The notes under the pieces were generated by a model. It ran no database searches. It had not been told where the DNA came from and saw nothing but the letters and a program-made list of their open reading frames with translations. Source: Nitrospirae bacterium MYbin3 (GTDB taxonomy: Bacteria > Nitrospirota > Thermodesulfovibrionia > Thermodesulfovibrionales > Dissulfurispiraceae). Taken from it: a stretch of 43,661 bases of DNA. The position numbers and the translations under genes were made by a program. Shown here one piece after another: positions 29,315 to 39,117 of the stretch; positions within the stretch are counted from its first letter, which is position 1; each line of letters begins with the position of its first letter. The stretch is taken from contig PEAD01000026.1 in NCBI GenBank assembly GCA_002753335.1, positions 1-43,661 of the forward strand, in the 5' to 3' direction.

Positions 29315-30259
29315 TTAAATTTTGAAGCCGGCCGCTTTTTTTATCGCCTCTATCATGCTCGAAGGGTTTGCAATGCCTTTCCAAGCTATATCGTAAGCGG
29401 TTCCGTGGTCCGGTGATGTCCTGACAAAAGGCAGGCCGATGGTCACATTCACTCCTTTGTCAAATGCTATCATCTTAAGCGGTATCAGTCCCTGATCATG
29501 GTACATGCAGACCACGATGTCGAACTCTTTTTTGTAAGCCCTATGAAAAAGTGTATCAGGGGGATAAGGCCCTGATACAGGAATGCCGATTCTTTGAGCC
29601 TCTTCAACTGCCGGAATTATCCCATTCTGCTCCTCATCTCCGAACATACCAGATTCTCCGGCATGCGGATTCAGTCCGGCTACAGCAATCTGCGGCTCTT
29701 TGATTCCCATCATTTGAGAGGCTTTGTTAGCAAGCATAACTGTTCGCAACACAGAATCCTTTGTGATCATAGCAGGGACATTTTTAATTGCGGTGTGTAT
29801 AGTGACAAGCACAACATTGAGCGGCCCACCGCAAAGCATCATCGCGTAATCCTTTGTGGCGGTCAGCTCCGCAAGCATCTCTGTGTGGCCGGGCCATTTA
29901 TAACCTGCCATCTTTAGAGATTCTTTGGTTATAGGCGCGGTTACAATTGCATCCACCTCTTTTGCCGAGGCAAGTTCTACCGCCTTTTTGATGTACGAAA
30001 CCGCTGCGCGCCCACCTTCTGCGGAAGGTTTGTTTTTGAGAAAACTTCTGTCAGTAATCGCATTTGTTTTAACCAACTCAAACCTGTTAATCGACAATCC
30101 CAAAAGTTCTGCAGCAGAGTCAATCAAGGCAGCATCGCCTATAAACACAGGCATGCAAATTCCGCACACCTCTTCCGAAAGCACAGACTTAAGCACAATT
30201 TCTGAGCCGATTCCGGCAGGATCGCCGAGCGTAATTGCGATTTTTTTCTTTTCTGTCAT
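29315..30259 (-). CDS. pdxA: 4-hydroxythreonine-4-phosphate dehydrogenase PdxA
   Basis: AITLGDPAGIG, GHTE, LNPHAGE, MYHDQG and RTSPDHGTA. The ORF-track N-terminal extension overlaps rseC and is spurious. Confidence 0.93.
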   Translation of the reverse strand: MTEKKKIAITLGDPAGIGSEIVLKSVLSEEVCGICMPVFIGDAALIDSAAELLGLSINRFELVKTNAITDRSFLKNKPSAEGGRAAVSYIKKAVELASAKEVDAIVTAPITKESLKMAGYKWPGHTEMLAELTATKDYAMMLCGGPLNVVLVTIHTAIKNVPAMITKDSVLRTVMLANKASQMMGIKEPQIAVAGLNPHAGESGMFGDEEQNGIIPAVEEAQRIGIPVSGPYPPDTLFHRAYKKEFDIVVCMYHDQGLIPLKMIAFDKGVNVTIGLPFVRTSPDHGTAYDIAWKGIANPSSMIEAIKKAAGFKI

Positions 30260-30344
30260 AGCGTTTATCACGATTAGTGACATTATATCCTGATTTGTTT
30301 TAAAATTTCTGACTTTCGGCGCTCGAATAAAACAACCGGCATAT

Positions 30345-30776
30345 ATGGAAGAAACAGGCGTTGTAAAATCACTCGACGGCACAAAGGCGTTCGTAAGCCT
30401 AAAAAAACAGGGCGGCTGTGAAGGCTGTTCGGCCGGTTCTGTATGCAAAAGCATGAGCGGAGGAGATGCTGAGATCGAAGCCCTTAATTCTGCAGACGCA
30501 AAAGCGGGCGATACCGTGAGGATAGCCTTCAAATCCTATTCTTACATGAAAGGGGCCCTGCTCGTTTATGGAATCCCCATGCTATTTCTCATGATAGGAG
30601 CCGTATTCGGCAAAGAGTTTCTGCCGCGGTTTGTTCACTCAGTACAATCAGATACGCTGTCAGCCTTGGCCGGATTCGGATTTTTTGGTCTGAGCTTTGT
30701 TATTATCAAGACCATATCAAACCGTTTTGACAAGAAACAGGAACTGATACCTGTAATCGAAGAAGTAATAAAATAA
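30345..30776 (+). CDS. RseC/MucC family membrane protein
   Basis: MEETGVV, CxxCxxxxxC (CEGCSAGSVC), GDTV and LLVYGIP, plus two TM helices. Confidence 0.85.
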   Translation: MEETGVVKSLDGTKAFVSLKKQGGCEGCSAGSVCKSMSGGDAEIEALNSADAKAGDTVRIAFKSYSYMKGALLVYGIPMLFLMIGAVFGKEFLPRFVHSVQSDTLSALAGFGFFGLSFVIIKTISNRFDKKQELIPVIEEVIK

Positions 30777-30788
30777 AGGGGGATAGCT

Positions 30789-32885
30789 ATGTCGAGAATC
30801 GAAACCGAGAAGATAAGGAATGTGGCTGTGATAGCACACAGCGGAGCGGGCAAAACTTCGCTGACTGAGGCTATGCTGTTTGTGTCAGGAGCGATTGACA
30901 GAATGGGCAGCATTGAAGGCGGAAATACAACAACAGACCATGAACCCGAAGAGATAGCAAGAAATATAAGCGTCACATCAGCGATGGCGCACTGCGACTG
31001 GAAAAATACAAGATTGAACCTTATTGATACACCTGGCTTTATTAACTTTATAGAGGACACTAGGGGCTGCCTTAAAGTATCGGATGGCGCGGTCGTTATC
31101 GTAAGCGCAATTTCGGGTGTGAAAGCAGAGACAGAAAAAATATGGAAATATGCCTGCGAATTCGAGGTTCCGAGAATAGTTTTTATCAACAAACTCGACA
31201 AGGAATCCGCAAATTTTGCCATGGCTATAGATGAGCTCGAAAAATCTTTTGAGGCAGAGGGTATTCCCCTTTTCATTCCGATTGGCGAAGGCGATAAATT
31301 CAAAGGTGTGGTTGACCTTATAGCAATGAAGGCGTTCATAAAAGACGGCGGCGCGTTTAAAGAGGGCGAAATACCTGCTGACATCAAAGCATCCGCAGAA
31401 GAGTACAGGAAAAAACTTGTCGAGAAGGTTGCAGAGGCAGATGATGCCCTGCTCGAAAAATATCTTGAGGGCACCGAACTTTCTTCGGACGAAATAATAA
31501 AAGGTGTGCATGAGGCATCGTTGACCAGAAGGTTCATCCCTGTCATCTGCGGTGCAGCAACACTCAATATCGGAACGGAGCAGTTGTTGGATTCTATTCT
31601 CCTCTGCCTTCCATCACCGATGGAAATGAGCAGGATATCTCCTATACGCGGCAAAAACCCGAAAGACGGAAAAGAATCCGAGAGGAAACCTGCTGATTCC
31701 GAGCCTCTCACCGCTTATGTCTTCAAAACAGTGGCAGATCCGTTCGCAGGCAAGATGTCTATTTTTAGGGTCTATTCCGGAGTGCTGAAAGCGGATTCCA
31801 CAGTTTTGAACGCAACCACCGGAAGCAAGGAAAGGGTTGGACAGGTATTTTATCTGCTCGGGAAAAAGCATGTGCCTGTCCAATCGGTGGGTCCGGGAGA
31901 GATTGCTGCAGTTGTAAAACTTAAGGACACCAATGTCGGGGACACACTATGTGAAGAACACCACCCGTTCATTATCGAAAAAGTGAAATTTGCAGAACCT
32001 TTAATATCTTATGCGATGGCTCCAAAGAGCAAAGGCGACGAAGAGAAGGTCAGTACTGGTCTGCACAGGATACTCGAAGAAGACCCTACTCTGCGCTTTA
32101 CTAGAGACGAGGAATCAAGAGAAATGATACTTTCTGGGATGGGACAGGTGCATCTCGAAGTTTCGCTCGAAAAACTTAAAAGAAAGTTTGGCGTTGAAGT
32201 GGTGATGAAAACACCTAAAATACCTTACAGAGAAACGATCAAGGCTTCAACTAAGGTTCAGGGCAGATATAAAAAACAGTCTGGGGGCCGTGGTCAGTTC
32301 GGCGACTGCTGGATAGAGATTGAACCGCTGCCGAGAGGCGGGGGCTATCAGTTTGTGGACAAAATCGTGGGCGGTGTCATACCGCAGCAGTACAGGCCTG
32401 CGGTAGAAAAAGGCATTGTTGATACAATGCATGAAGGCATACTTGCCGGATACCAGATAGTTGACATGAAAGTAACGCTGTATGACGGTTCGTATCATTC
32501 GGTTGATTCTTCCGAAATGGCGTTTAAGATCGCCGGTTCTATGGCTCTTAAGAAAGCTTTTATGGAAGCAAAACCTGCTTTGCTTGAGCCGATCATGAAG
32601 GTAGAAATTGTTGTGCCGGAAGACACACTTGGAACGGTCATAGGAGATCTGAATTCAAGGAGGGGCAAAGTTCAAGGCGTTGACGCGCAGGCCGGCAGCA
32701 ACCAGAAAATACTTGCTGTTGTACCGATGTCAGAAATGCTGACATACGCAAACCAGCTCCAGAGCATAACCTCCGGACGCGGTCTTTATTCGATGGAATT
32801 CTCGCACTATGAAGAAACGCCAGGCCATATATCACAAAAAATAATCGCACTGAGACAGAAGCTGAAAGCAGAGGAGAACGCCTAA
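30789..32885 (+). CDS. fusA: Elongation factor G paralogue (EF-G II type)
   Basis: AHSGAGKT, DTPG, NKLD, GMGQVHLE, KKQSGGRGQFG and HSVDSSEMAF. The effector motif is RNISV rather than RGITI, and the gene is not in a str operon. Confidence 0.92.
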   Translation: MSRIETEKIRNVAVIAHSGAGKTSLTEAMLFVSGAIDRMGSIEGGNTTTDHEPEEIARNISVTSAMAHCDWKNTRLNLIDTPGFINFIEDTRGCLKVSDGAVVIVSAISGVKAETEKIWKYACEFEVPRIVFINKLDKESANFAMAIDELEKSFEAEGIPLFIPIGEGDKFKGVVDLIAMKAFIKDGGAFKEGEIPADIKASAEEYRKKLVEKVAEADDALLEKYLEGTELSSDEIIKGVHEASLTRRFIPVICGAATLNIGTEQLLDSILLCLPSPMEMSRISPIRGKNPKDGKESERKPADSEPLTAYVFKTVADPFAGKMSIFRVYSGVLKADSTVLNATTGSKERVGQVFYLLGKKHVPVQSVGPGEIAAVVKLKDTNVGDTLCEEHHPFIIEKVKFAEPLISYAMAPKSKGDEEKVSTGLHRILEEDPTLRFTRDEESREMILSGMGQVHLEVSLEKLKRKFGVEVVMKTPKIPYRETIKASTKVQGRYKKQSGGRGQFGDCWIEIEPLPRGGGYQFVDKIVGGVIPQQYRPAVEKGIVDTMHEGILAGYQIVDMKVTLYDGSYHSVDSSEMAFKIAGSMALKKAFMEAKPALLEPIMKVEIVVPEDTLGTVIGDLNSRRGKVQGVDAQAGSNQKILAVVPMSEMLTYANQLQSITSGRGLYSMEFSHYEETPGHISQKIIALRQKLKAEENA

Positions 32886-32888
32886 CCA

Positions 32889-34262
32889 ATGAAAAAGGCC
32901 TGGTCAGGCAGGTTCACAGGCAAGACCTCCAAAATTGTGGAGCAATATACAGAGTCAATCTCGTTTGACCAAAGGCTTTGGAAATACGATATAGAGGGAA
33001 GCATTGCCCATGCCAAGATGCTCGGCAAACAGGGCATCATACCAAAAAAAGATGCGGACAAAATCATCGGTGCGCTGACGGATATTTATAGTGATATCGA
33101 AAAAGGCAGGTTCAGGTTCAGCATCGAACTCGAAGACATCCACATGAATATCGAGGCAGCGCTTATTAAAAAAATCGGGGATATTGGCGGAAGGCTCCAC
33201 ACGGCCCGCTCCCGAAATGATCAGGTTGCGCTTGATCTAAGACTTTATCTGAGAGCTGAGACCAAAGAGATAATCGGGCTTCTGAAAAAACTTGCTGACA
33301 CACTCTGCGCAATTGCTGCTAAAAATTCCGAAGCGATAATGCCCGGATATACTCATATGCAGCGGGCCCAGCCTGTGCTTTTGTCCCACCACCTTTTGGC
33401 TTACGCGCAGATGTTCAGCCGCGACAGGGAGCGGTTTGAAGATTGCCTTAAACGGATTAATATTCTTCCTCTCGGCTCATGCGCGCTTGCAGGCACAAGC
33501 CTGCCGATTGACAGAGATTATGTTGCAAAACTTTTAAACTTTGACGCCATCTCAGAAAACAGCATAGATGCGGTATCGGACCGGGATTTTGCTCTGGAGT
33601 TTTTATCCGCATCATCAATACTTATGATGCATTTATCACGAATCGCTGAGGAACTCGTGCTTTGGTCAACCGAAGAATTCTCATTTATAGAGCTTCCGGA
33701 TGCTTTCACCACCGGCTCAAGCATTATGCCGCAGAAAAAGAATCCTGATGTGGCCGAACTTATGCGGGGCAAGACAGGAAGGGTTTACGGAAGCCTGATG
33801 AGTCTGCTTACTTTGATGAAAGGGCTTCCGCTTGCATACAATCGTGATATGCAGGAGGACAAAGAGCCTGTGTTTGACACGGTTGATACTGTGAAGCTTA
33901 CGCTGAACGCGCTGATACAAATGCTGCCCGAAATTAAATTTAATTCTACCCGCCTGAAGTATACTGCAGGCGCTGCCTTCTCGACTGCGACAGATTTAGC
34001 CGAATACCTTGTGCGCAAAGATATACCCTTCAGAACCGCTCACGAGATAACCGGCAAAATTGTACGCTACTGCATTGACAATAAAAAAGATCTCAAAGAC
34101 CTGAGCTTGGCCGAATATAAAAAGTTTTCTGCCAAGATAGGAAAAGATATAAATTCCTGCTTAACAACAGAACAATCGGTCAGGTCGAAAAACTCCTTTG
34201 GTGGAACTTCAGTTTCCAAGGTCAAAGAACAGCTTGCACGCTTCAAAAAGAAAAACGGCTGA
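32889..34262 (+). CDS. argH: Argininosuccinate lyase
   Basis: [21 protein letters not shown] and [12 protein letters not shown]. Confidence 0.97.
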   Translation: MKKAWSGRFTGKTSKIVEQYTESISFDQRLWKYDIEGSIAHAKMLGKQGIIPKKDADKIIGALTDIYSDIEKGRFRFSIELEDIHMNIEAALIKKIGDIGGRLHTARSRNDQVALDLRLYLRAETKEIIGLLKKLADTLCAIAAKNSEAIMPGYTHMQRAQPVLLSHHLLAYAQMFSRDRERFEDCLKRINILPLGSCALAGTSLPIDRDYVAKLLNFDAISENSIDAVSDRDFALEFLSASSILMMHLSRIAEELVLWSTEEFSFIELPDAFTTGSSIMPQKKNPDVAELMRGKTGRVYGSLMSLLTLMKGLPLAYNRDMQEDKEPVFDTVDTVKLTLNALIQMLPEIKFNSTRLKYTAGAAFSTATDLAEYLVRKDIPFRTAHEITGKIVRYCIDNKKDLKDLSLAEYKKFSAKIGKDINSCLTTEQSVRSKNSFGGTSVSKVKEQLARFKKKNG

Positions 34263-34938
34263 TTTCTGCGGGAAGACCGCGCCTCAATATATTGTCCGCA
34301 AACTGACCTCATCCCATAAGCATGAAGCACAATGGATAGACAATGACAAAGGCTGCGTTGCAGTTTCTGATTTCCGCAAAGAAGGTTCAAAACACCGCCC
34401 CATTACACATGCAAAGCTTTTTTATTCTGATGAAGGTCTGCACGGTTTTTTCATGGTACAAGACAGTTATGTCCGATGTGTAAACACAGAAATCAACAGT
34501 GCGGTTCACAAAGACAGCTGCGTCGAGTTTTTTGTTCGCCCCCGTGAAACAGCAGGTTATTTTAATTTTGAGTTCAATTGCGGAGGAGCTGTTTCATGCA
34601 GTTACATAAAGGATTCAACACGCATAGCCGGAGGATTTAAAAGCGCACAGAAATTAACAGAATCTGAGCTCTGTCTTATAAAAATATCCCACTCTATGCC
34701 GCGTGTAGTTGAACCAGAAATAACAAAACCTACAGTGTGGCTTCTCGATTTTGTTGTTCCGTTTTCTATTTTCGAAAAGTATCTGGGCCCGCTCGGAACA
34801 CTGAGCGAGCAGATATGGAGCGCCAATTTTTACAAATGCGGCGACGAAACCTCTCACCCACACTGGGCTTCATGGGCTTCGCTAACAGAGCGAAATTTTC
34901 ATCTGCCAGAATGCTTCGGAATAATTACTTTCGAATAA
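34198..34938 (+). CDS. Carbohydrate-binding family 9-like (DOMON) protein
   Basis: [31 protein letters not shown] and FHLPECFG. Start uncertain (TTG 34198, GTG 34201 or TTG 34234, all overlapping argH). Confidence 0.75.
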   Translation: MVELQFPRSKNSLHASKRKTADFCGKTAPQYIVRKLTSSHKHEAQWIDNDKGCVAVSDFRKEGSKHRPITHAKLFYSDEGLHGFFMVQDSYVRCVNTEINSAVHKDSCVEFFVRPRETAGYFNFEFNCGGAVSCSYIKDSTRIAGGFKSAQKLTESELCLIKISHSMPRVVEPEITKPTVWLLDFVVPFSIFEKYLGPLGTLSEQIWSANFYKCGDETSHPHWASWASLTERNFHLPECFGIITFE

Positions 34939-34942
34939 TAAA

Positions 34943-35122
34943 CTAATCCACCTCTTTGAACATATGTTTGCCAGCGCCGCAAACAGGGCATTTCCAGTCT
35001 TCCGGCAAATCATTGAATTCGGTCCCAGCCGGTATCTTGCCCTTTTTGTCACCCTTAGCAGGATTGTAAAGATAACCGCAACTTGCTCCTTGGCATTGCC
35101 ACATTGCACCTTGTTCAGACAT
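34943..35122 (-). CDS. Rubredoxin (C-x4-C variant)
   Basis: ATG 35122 follows [16 protein letters not shown]...[11 protein letters not shown]. Confidence 0.9.
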   Translation of the reverse strand: MSEQGAMWQCQGASCGYLYNPAKGDKKGKIPAGTEFNDLPEDWKCPVCGAGKHMFKEVD

Positions 35123-35263
35123 TTTTCCCTCCAAAAAGTTGATGGTTATTGCAAGATATATTTTAACCATAATTAGTTACCTAAAAAAAGGTGAAGCAAG
35201 AATTGTGGGCATCAAGGACTTGACGCCAGAGCGCCGGATGGGGTTTACTGGATTACACTTTAC

Positions 35264-36010
35264 ATGGCAGAAGCGGATGATATGATAGAGAAAATATATT
35301 GGGGTAGTTGGATTTATGATAGTTTTAATGAGGTCTTGTCCTGCGCATCAAAGATAAATCTTATTCAGGACAGGCTGGCATTTCTTTCGGAGCATTTCTT
35401 AGAACTCCCTTATGAAAGCAATACACTAATCGGAGGGGTTGATACCCCGGAAGCGTTTGTTATAAACCTGTCGGCTGTGGACTGCTTTACTTTTTTGGAC
35501 CACATCGCTGCTATGAGCGTCTCGATAGCTTTTGACTGTTTTAAAAATAATCTGCGGCGGATTCGATACAGACAAGGTCATGTATCATTTTGGGAGCGCA
35601 ACCATTTTTTTACCGACTGGCCTTATTCTAATCCGGATTTATTCAGAGACATTACAAGAGAAATCGGAACGCAAACAGCTGTCACTCTCACGAAAAGCCT
35701 GAATCTTAGAGAAGGCGGGACGTTGTATGTTAATGGCTTAGACGTTAAGGTTAGGGAATTGAGCTACCTCCCATCAGATGCTATGGATGCGGCTGTTATC
35801 GCAAAGATCGTTTCAGGAGATTATGTTGGCATATATTCTGATAAAGCCGGGCTTGATGTGTCGCATGTTGGTATGATCATCAAAAAAAAGGATGAGGTTT
35901 TTATTCGTCATGCTTCATCGATCCACAAAAAGGTTTTGGACGAATCTCTTACAGAATACATGAAAGGCAAACAGGGATTGATTATATTGAGACAGGCAGC
36001 CGTCCTCTGA
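35264..36010 (+). CDS. DUF1460 NlpC/P60-like N-acetylmuramoyl-L-alanine amidase
   Basis: PY..NTLIG, VDCFTF, RNHFFTDW, GLDVSHVG and RHASS. Confidence 0.82.
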   Translation: MAEADDMIEKIYWGSWIYDSFNEVLSCASKINLIQDRLAFLSEHFLELPYESNTLIGGVDTPEAFVINLSAVDCFTFLDHIAAMSVSIAFDCFKNNLRRIRYRQGHVSFWERNHFFTDWPYSNPDLFRDITREIGTQTAVTLTKSLNLREGGTLYVNGLDVKVRELSYLPSDAMDAAVIAKIVSGDYVGIYSDKAGLDVSHVGMIIKKKDEVFIRHASSIHKKVLDESLTEYMKGKQGLIILRQAAVL

Positions 36011-37451
36011 AGCCAGTTTTGCCTGTGATACAGGATGCTGCAGCCATCTGAGCGTTTACGCTTGAGTCGTAGGCAGCTATCAGAAAATCGGCTTCGCCAA
36101 AATGCTTCAGCACATAAGGGCTGCCAAACGAAACCACGATGCTTTTGCCGCAGTTTTTTATCAGCTGATTCAGTCGTACACTCTCTTTTTCAGCAATGCC
36201 GGAGCTTCCTCTCCATGCAGCAACACTTGTGAATACCGCAAATATTATTGTTTTGCCAGAAAGTTCAGCGGCGTCTACAGTTTTGAATATCTGCTTTAAG
36301 GGCGAATTTTCGAAGAACTGCTCATCGCCCATAAAAAATATTCCAGAATCGGCAGGCAGTTTAATTTCATCAGCTTGCCCTTTTATCAGTGTTATTGCCG
36401 CTTCAGAAAGTTTTGATGAGGTCCATTCGCAGTCCGCTTTATTTGCGGTCCTGGGTATTGGGGCCAGCCTCTTTTTAGCCTCAAAAATTCTGGACAACGA
36501 TTCGTCGATCATTTTTTCGTCCAGTCTTTCGGACAGGATTGCGGAGCTTACTTCTGCTGCAGTTGAATCAGGGTCTTCGGGATGAAGCAGTATGTCTGCG
36601 CCTGCGTTCAGGCATTCCACAGGCACACTGCCAAAATCCTTTAGCGCATGCATATTAAGAGCATCGGTAAGTACTATGCCTTGAAAGCCGAGCTCTTTTC
36701 TCAGCAGTCCTGTTATCACTCTTCTTGAAAGGCTTGCAGGCATGAAGTCGAGCGCTCTAAAGGTGAGATGGGCCGCAATAATGCTTTTTACCCCGGCTTT
36801 TATCGCTTCTGTGAACGGAAGGAAGTCTGCTGTTTTGAGTTCGCTCGCAGCTTTTCTGATGACCGGCAGGTCTATATGAGAATCCACCGAAGTGTCGCCA
36901 TGTCCTGGAAAATGCTTTCCACAGCTTATCAGTCCTATGTTTTCTAAAGCTTGTATATATTTCAGTCCGAACCAGGTTACGATGTCAGGCTTGTCCGAGA
37001 AGGCTCTTGTGCATATTATGGGATTATCTGGATTCAGGTTCACGTCAAGTACCGGTATCAGCGGCATGTTTATTCCTATGTAGGCTGCTTCTGATGCCAC
37101 CGCATTTAGTCCCTGTTCAAGAAGCTTCACGTCCTCAGGACTGTTTCTGTCTATTGCGGCTGCAACCGCCATCTGGCTTGGAAAAACAGAACCACCCCTT
37201 ATTTGCTGGGCAACGCCGCGTTCTATGTCTGATGCTATGAAAAGCGGAATTGAGGATGCCGCTTGCAGTTCGGCAACAAATTTTTTGACAGCTTCTATTT
37301 CACCGCCGAAAATTATAAATCCGCCTATGCCTTTTTCCACAAGGCCATGCATCCGGTTTGCATAGTACTTATCATCTATGCGGTCCCCATCTAAGCGCTG
37401 GATTATAAGCTGATAAGCTTTTTTTGAAACATCATGTGGAAATTCAAACAT
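35982..37451 (-). CDS. nagZ: GH3 beta-N-acetylhexosaminidase (NagZ type) with C-terminal domain
   Basis: SDIERG, PVLDVN, KHFPGHGDTSVDSH and LTDAL. Confidence 0.85.
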   Translation of the reverse strand: MFEFPHDVSKKAYQLIIQRLDGDRIDDKYYANRMHGLVEKGIGGFIIFGGEIEAVKKFVAELQAASSIPLFIASDIERGVAQQIRGGSVFPSQMAVAAAIDRNSPEDVKLLEQGLNAVASEAAYIGINMPLIPVLDVNLNPDNPIICTRAFSDKPDIVTWFGLKYIQALENIGLISCGKHFPGHGDTSVDSHIDLPVIRKAASELKTADFLPFTEAIKAGVKSIIAAHLTFRALDFMPASLSRRVITGLLRKELGFQGIVLTDALNMHALKDFGSVPVECLNAGADILLHPEDPDSTAAEVSSAILSERLDEKMIDESLSRIFEAKKRLAPIPRTANKADCEWTSSKLSEAAITLIKGQADEIKLPADSGIFFMGDEQFFENSPLKQIFKTVDAAELSGKTIIFAVFTSVAAWRGSSGIAEKESVRLNQLIKNCGKSIVVSFGSPYVLKHFGEADFLIAAYDSSVNAQMAAASCITGKTGFRGRLPVSI

Positions 37452-38265
37452 CGAGGCTCCTGTCGTAAAGTTCTTTTTTGCTCAAGCCGTACTGCTCAGC
37501 TATTATTTTAACTGCTTCTTTTCTGCCTTTGCCTTTTTTCATAAGCGCTATTGCTTCTCCAAGCGCTGCATCGAACGAGACTTCTCCCGATCCCATTCCT
37601 TCAACAACTATTACGTATTCTCCGGCGATGGTGCTTTGCTCAAGCTTTTCTACAAGCTCAGGAAGCGTTCCTCTGATGGCTTCTTCATGAAATTTTGTTA
37701 TCTCCCTGAAAATGGCTGCGCGTCGAGCTCCCATAATATCTGCCATATCCGCGAGGGCCTCGATTATCCGGTGGGGGGCTTCATAAAAAACCAGAGTCCT
37801 CTGTTCGTTTATCAGTGATCGTAATGTTTTTTGTCTATGCGATGTTTTAGGTGGCATGAATCCTATAAATACGAACTCTGCAGTGGGAAGACCTGCAACG
37901 GAAAGCGAGGCGGTAAGCGCGGACGCGCCCGGAATCGGCACTATTTGAAACCCTTCTTCAACAGCTCTTTCTATCAAGACATGACCGGGGTCAGAAATTC
38001 CGGGCGTGCCTGCATCCGATATCAGAGCAATCGAAAGGCCGCTGCGTAGTTTTTGTATCAACTCCTCGCTTCTGACCTTCTCTTTTTCTGACCAGTAGCT
38101 GATAAGGGGTTTACTGATGCCGTAGTGGTTCAGGAGTTTCAAGGAGTGGCGCGTATCCTCGGCTGCGATAATATCGACCTCTTTGAGGATTCTCAATGCC
38201 CGAAGAGTTATGTCTTCAAGGTTGCCGATAGGGGTTGCGACTATGTAAAGAGTTCCGTTGCTCAT
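37444..38265 (-). CDS. rsmI: 16S rRNA (cytidine1402-2'-O)-methyltransferase
   Basis: GTLYIVATPIGNLEDIT, AEDTR, SDAGTPGISDPG and REITKFHEE. Confidence 0.95.
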   Translation of the reverse strand: MSNGTLYIVATPIGNLEDITLRALRILKEVDIIAAEDTRHSLKLLNHYGISKPLISYWSEKEKVRSEELIQKLRSGLSIALISDAGTPGISDPGHVLIERAVEEGFQIVPIPGASALTASLSVAGLPTAEFVFIGFMPPKTSHRQKTLRSLINEQRTLVFYEAPHRIIEALADMADIMGARRAAIFREITKFHEEAIRGTLPELVEKLEQSTIAGEYVIVVEGMGSGEVSFDAALGEAIALMKKGKGRKEAVKIIAEQYGLSKKELYDRSLDV

Positions 38266-38284
38266 GCTTATAAAATTCTGAAGA

Positions 38285-38309
38285 AGCGGGGCAATAATAT
38301 TGCCCCGCT
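38285..38309 (-). terminator. Hairpin, probable terminator after rubrerythrin
   Basis: 11-bp inverted repeat AGCGGGGCAAT-aat-ATTGCCCCGCT. Confidence 0.65.
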
Positions 38310-38332
38310 CCGGACAATCCTGTATTGTGAAT

Positions 38333-38908
38333 TTAATAATTTTCGCAATGTATCTCGAAATGCGCTGTTGGATGGTCGCAGGCAGGACATTTTTCGGGTG
38401 CCTCATTGCCCTCATGCACATATCCGCAGTTCCTGCATTTCCATTTTTCTGTCTTGTCGCTCTTGAATACCTTGCCCTTTTCTATGTTGTTGAGCAATGC
38501 GCGGTAGCGCTTCTCATGCTCTTTTTCAACAGCCGCTATCTTTAGGAAAACGGCAGCAATAATAGGGAAGCCTTCTTCAGCGGCGATCTTTGAAAACTCA
38601 GGATACATAGCGGTATGCTCATGATTTTCACCCGCTGCTGCAGCCGCGAGGTTGGCTTTTGTATCACCTATAATGCCTGCCGGAAACACTGCCGTTATCT
38701 CAACATCGCCGCCTTCTAAAAATTTAAAGAATTTTTTTGCATGTTCTTTTTCGTTTTCAGCAGTCTCAAGAAAAATGGCCGAAATCTGTTCAAAACCTTC
38801 TTTTTTAGCCTGTTTTGCAAAATAGGTGTAGCGGTTTCTTGCCTGTGATTCTCCGGCAAAAGATGCCAGCAGATTCTTTTCTGTTTTTGTGCCTTTTAAA
38901 CTTTTCAT
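38333..38908 (-). CDS. rbr: Rubrerythrin
   Basis: [27 protein letters not shown] and CRNCGY...CPACDHP. SD AAGGAG before ATG 38908. Confidence 0.95.
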   Translation of the reverse strand: MKSLKGTKTEKNLLASFAGESQARNRYTYFAKQAKKEGFEQISAIFLETAENEKEHAKKFFKFLEGGDVEITAVFPAGIIGDTKANLAAAAAGENHEHTAMYPEFSKIAAEEGFPIIAAVFLKIAAVEKEHEKRYRALLNNIEKGKVFKSDKTEKWKCRNCGYVHEGNEAPEKCPACDHPTAHFEIHCENY

Positions 38909-39010
38909 GTTTTTTAGCTCCTTTAAGAAGTTATCCCGCAAGGGGAGAATGTTTTGAAATAATTATAGCAGATTGTGGAGGTAATCTATTAGGCGATTTC
39001 TGCAGATTTC

Positions 39011-39040
39011 TTGACAAAGCAAGACTCTCTTTGATAAATT
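39011..39040 (+). promoter_or_regulatory. sigma70 promoter of the porin-nikMNQO operon
   Basis: TTGACA-N18-TAAATT with a TG extension. Confidence 0.55.
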
Positions 39041-39047
39041 TCAAATT

Positions 39048-39106
39048 AAGCCACGAAGGCGAGCGGATCTGAAGATCCTCAAGCGTTCGTGGTATTTTTA
39101 TTTTTT
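39048..39106 (+). promoter_or_regulatory. Structured 5' leader, candidate transcription attenuator
   Basis: Outer stem GCCACGAA/TTCGTGGT, inner stem GGATC-TGAA-GATCC, then a T-rich tail directly before the SD GGAGG. Confidence 0.5.
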
Positions 39107-39117
39107 GGAGGGTTGTA

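Noticed and set aside
30260..30532. Long N-terminal extensions in the ORF track (pdxA; also rsmI, rbr, rubredoxin and the 9578 regulator)
   Set aside because: They overlap neighbouring genes or precede SD-supported or family-typical starts.
30635..31711. 358-aa minus-strand ORF, and similar ORFs such as 22282-22965 and 21636-22184
   Set aside because: These are antisense shadows of fusA, pyk and the TPR gene, with no recognisable motifs.
38909..39117. Cobalamin riboswitch or NikR operator before the cbiM/nikM operon
   Set aside because: The leader is too short, has no B12-box elements beyond a chance GCCAC, and shows no GTATGA-N16-TCATAC-like dyad.
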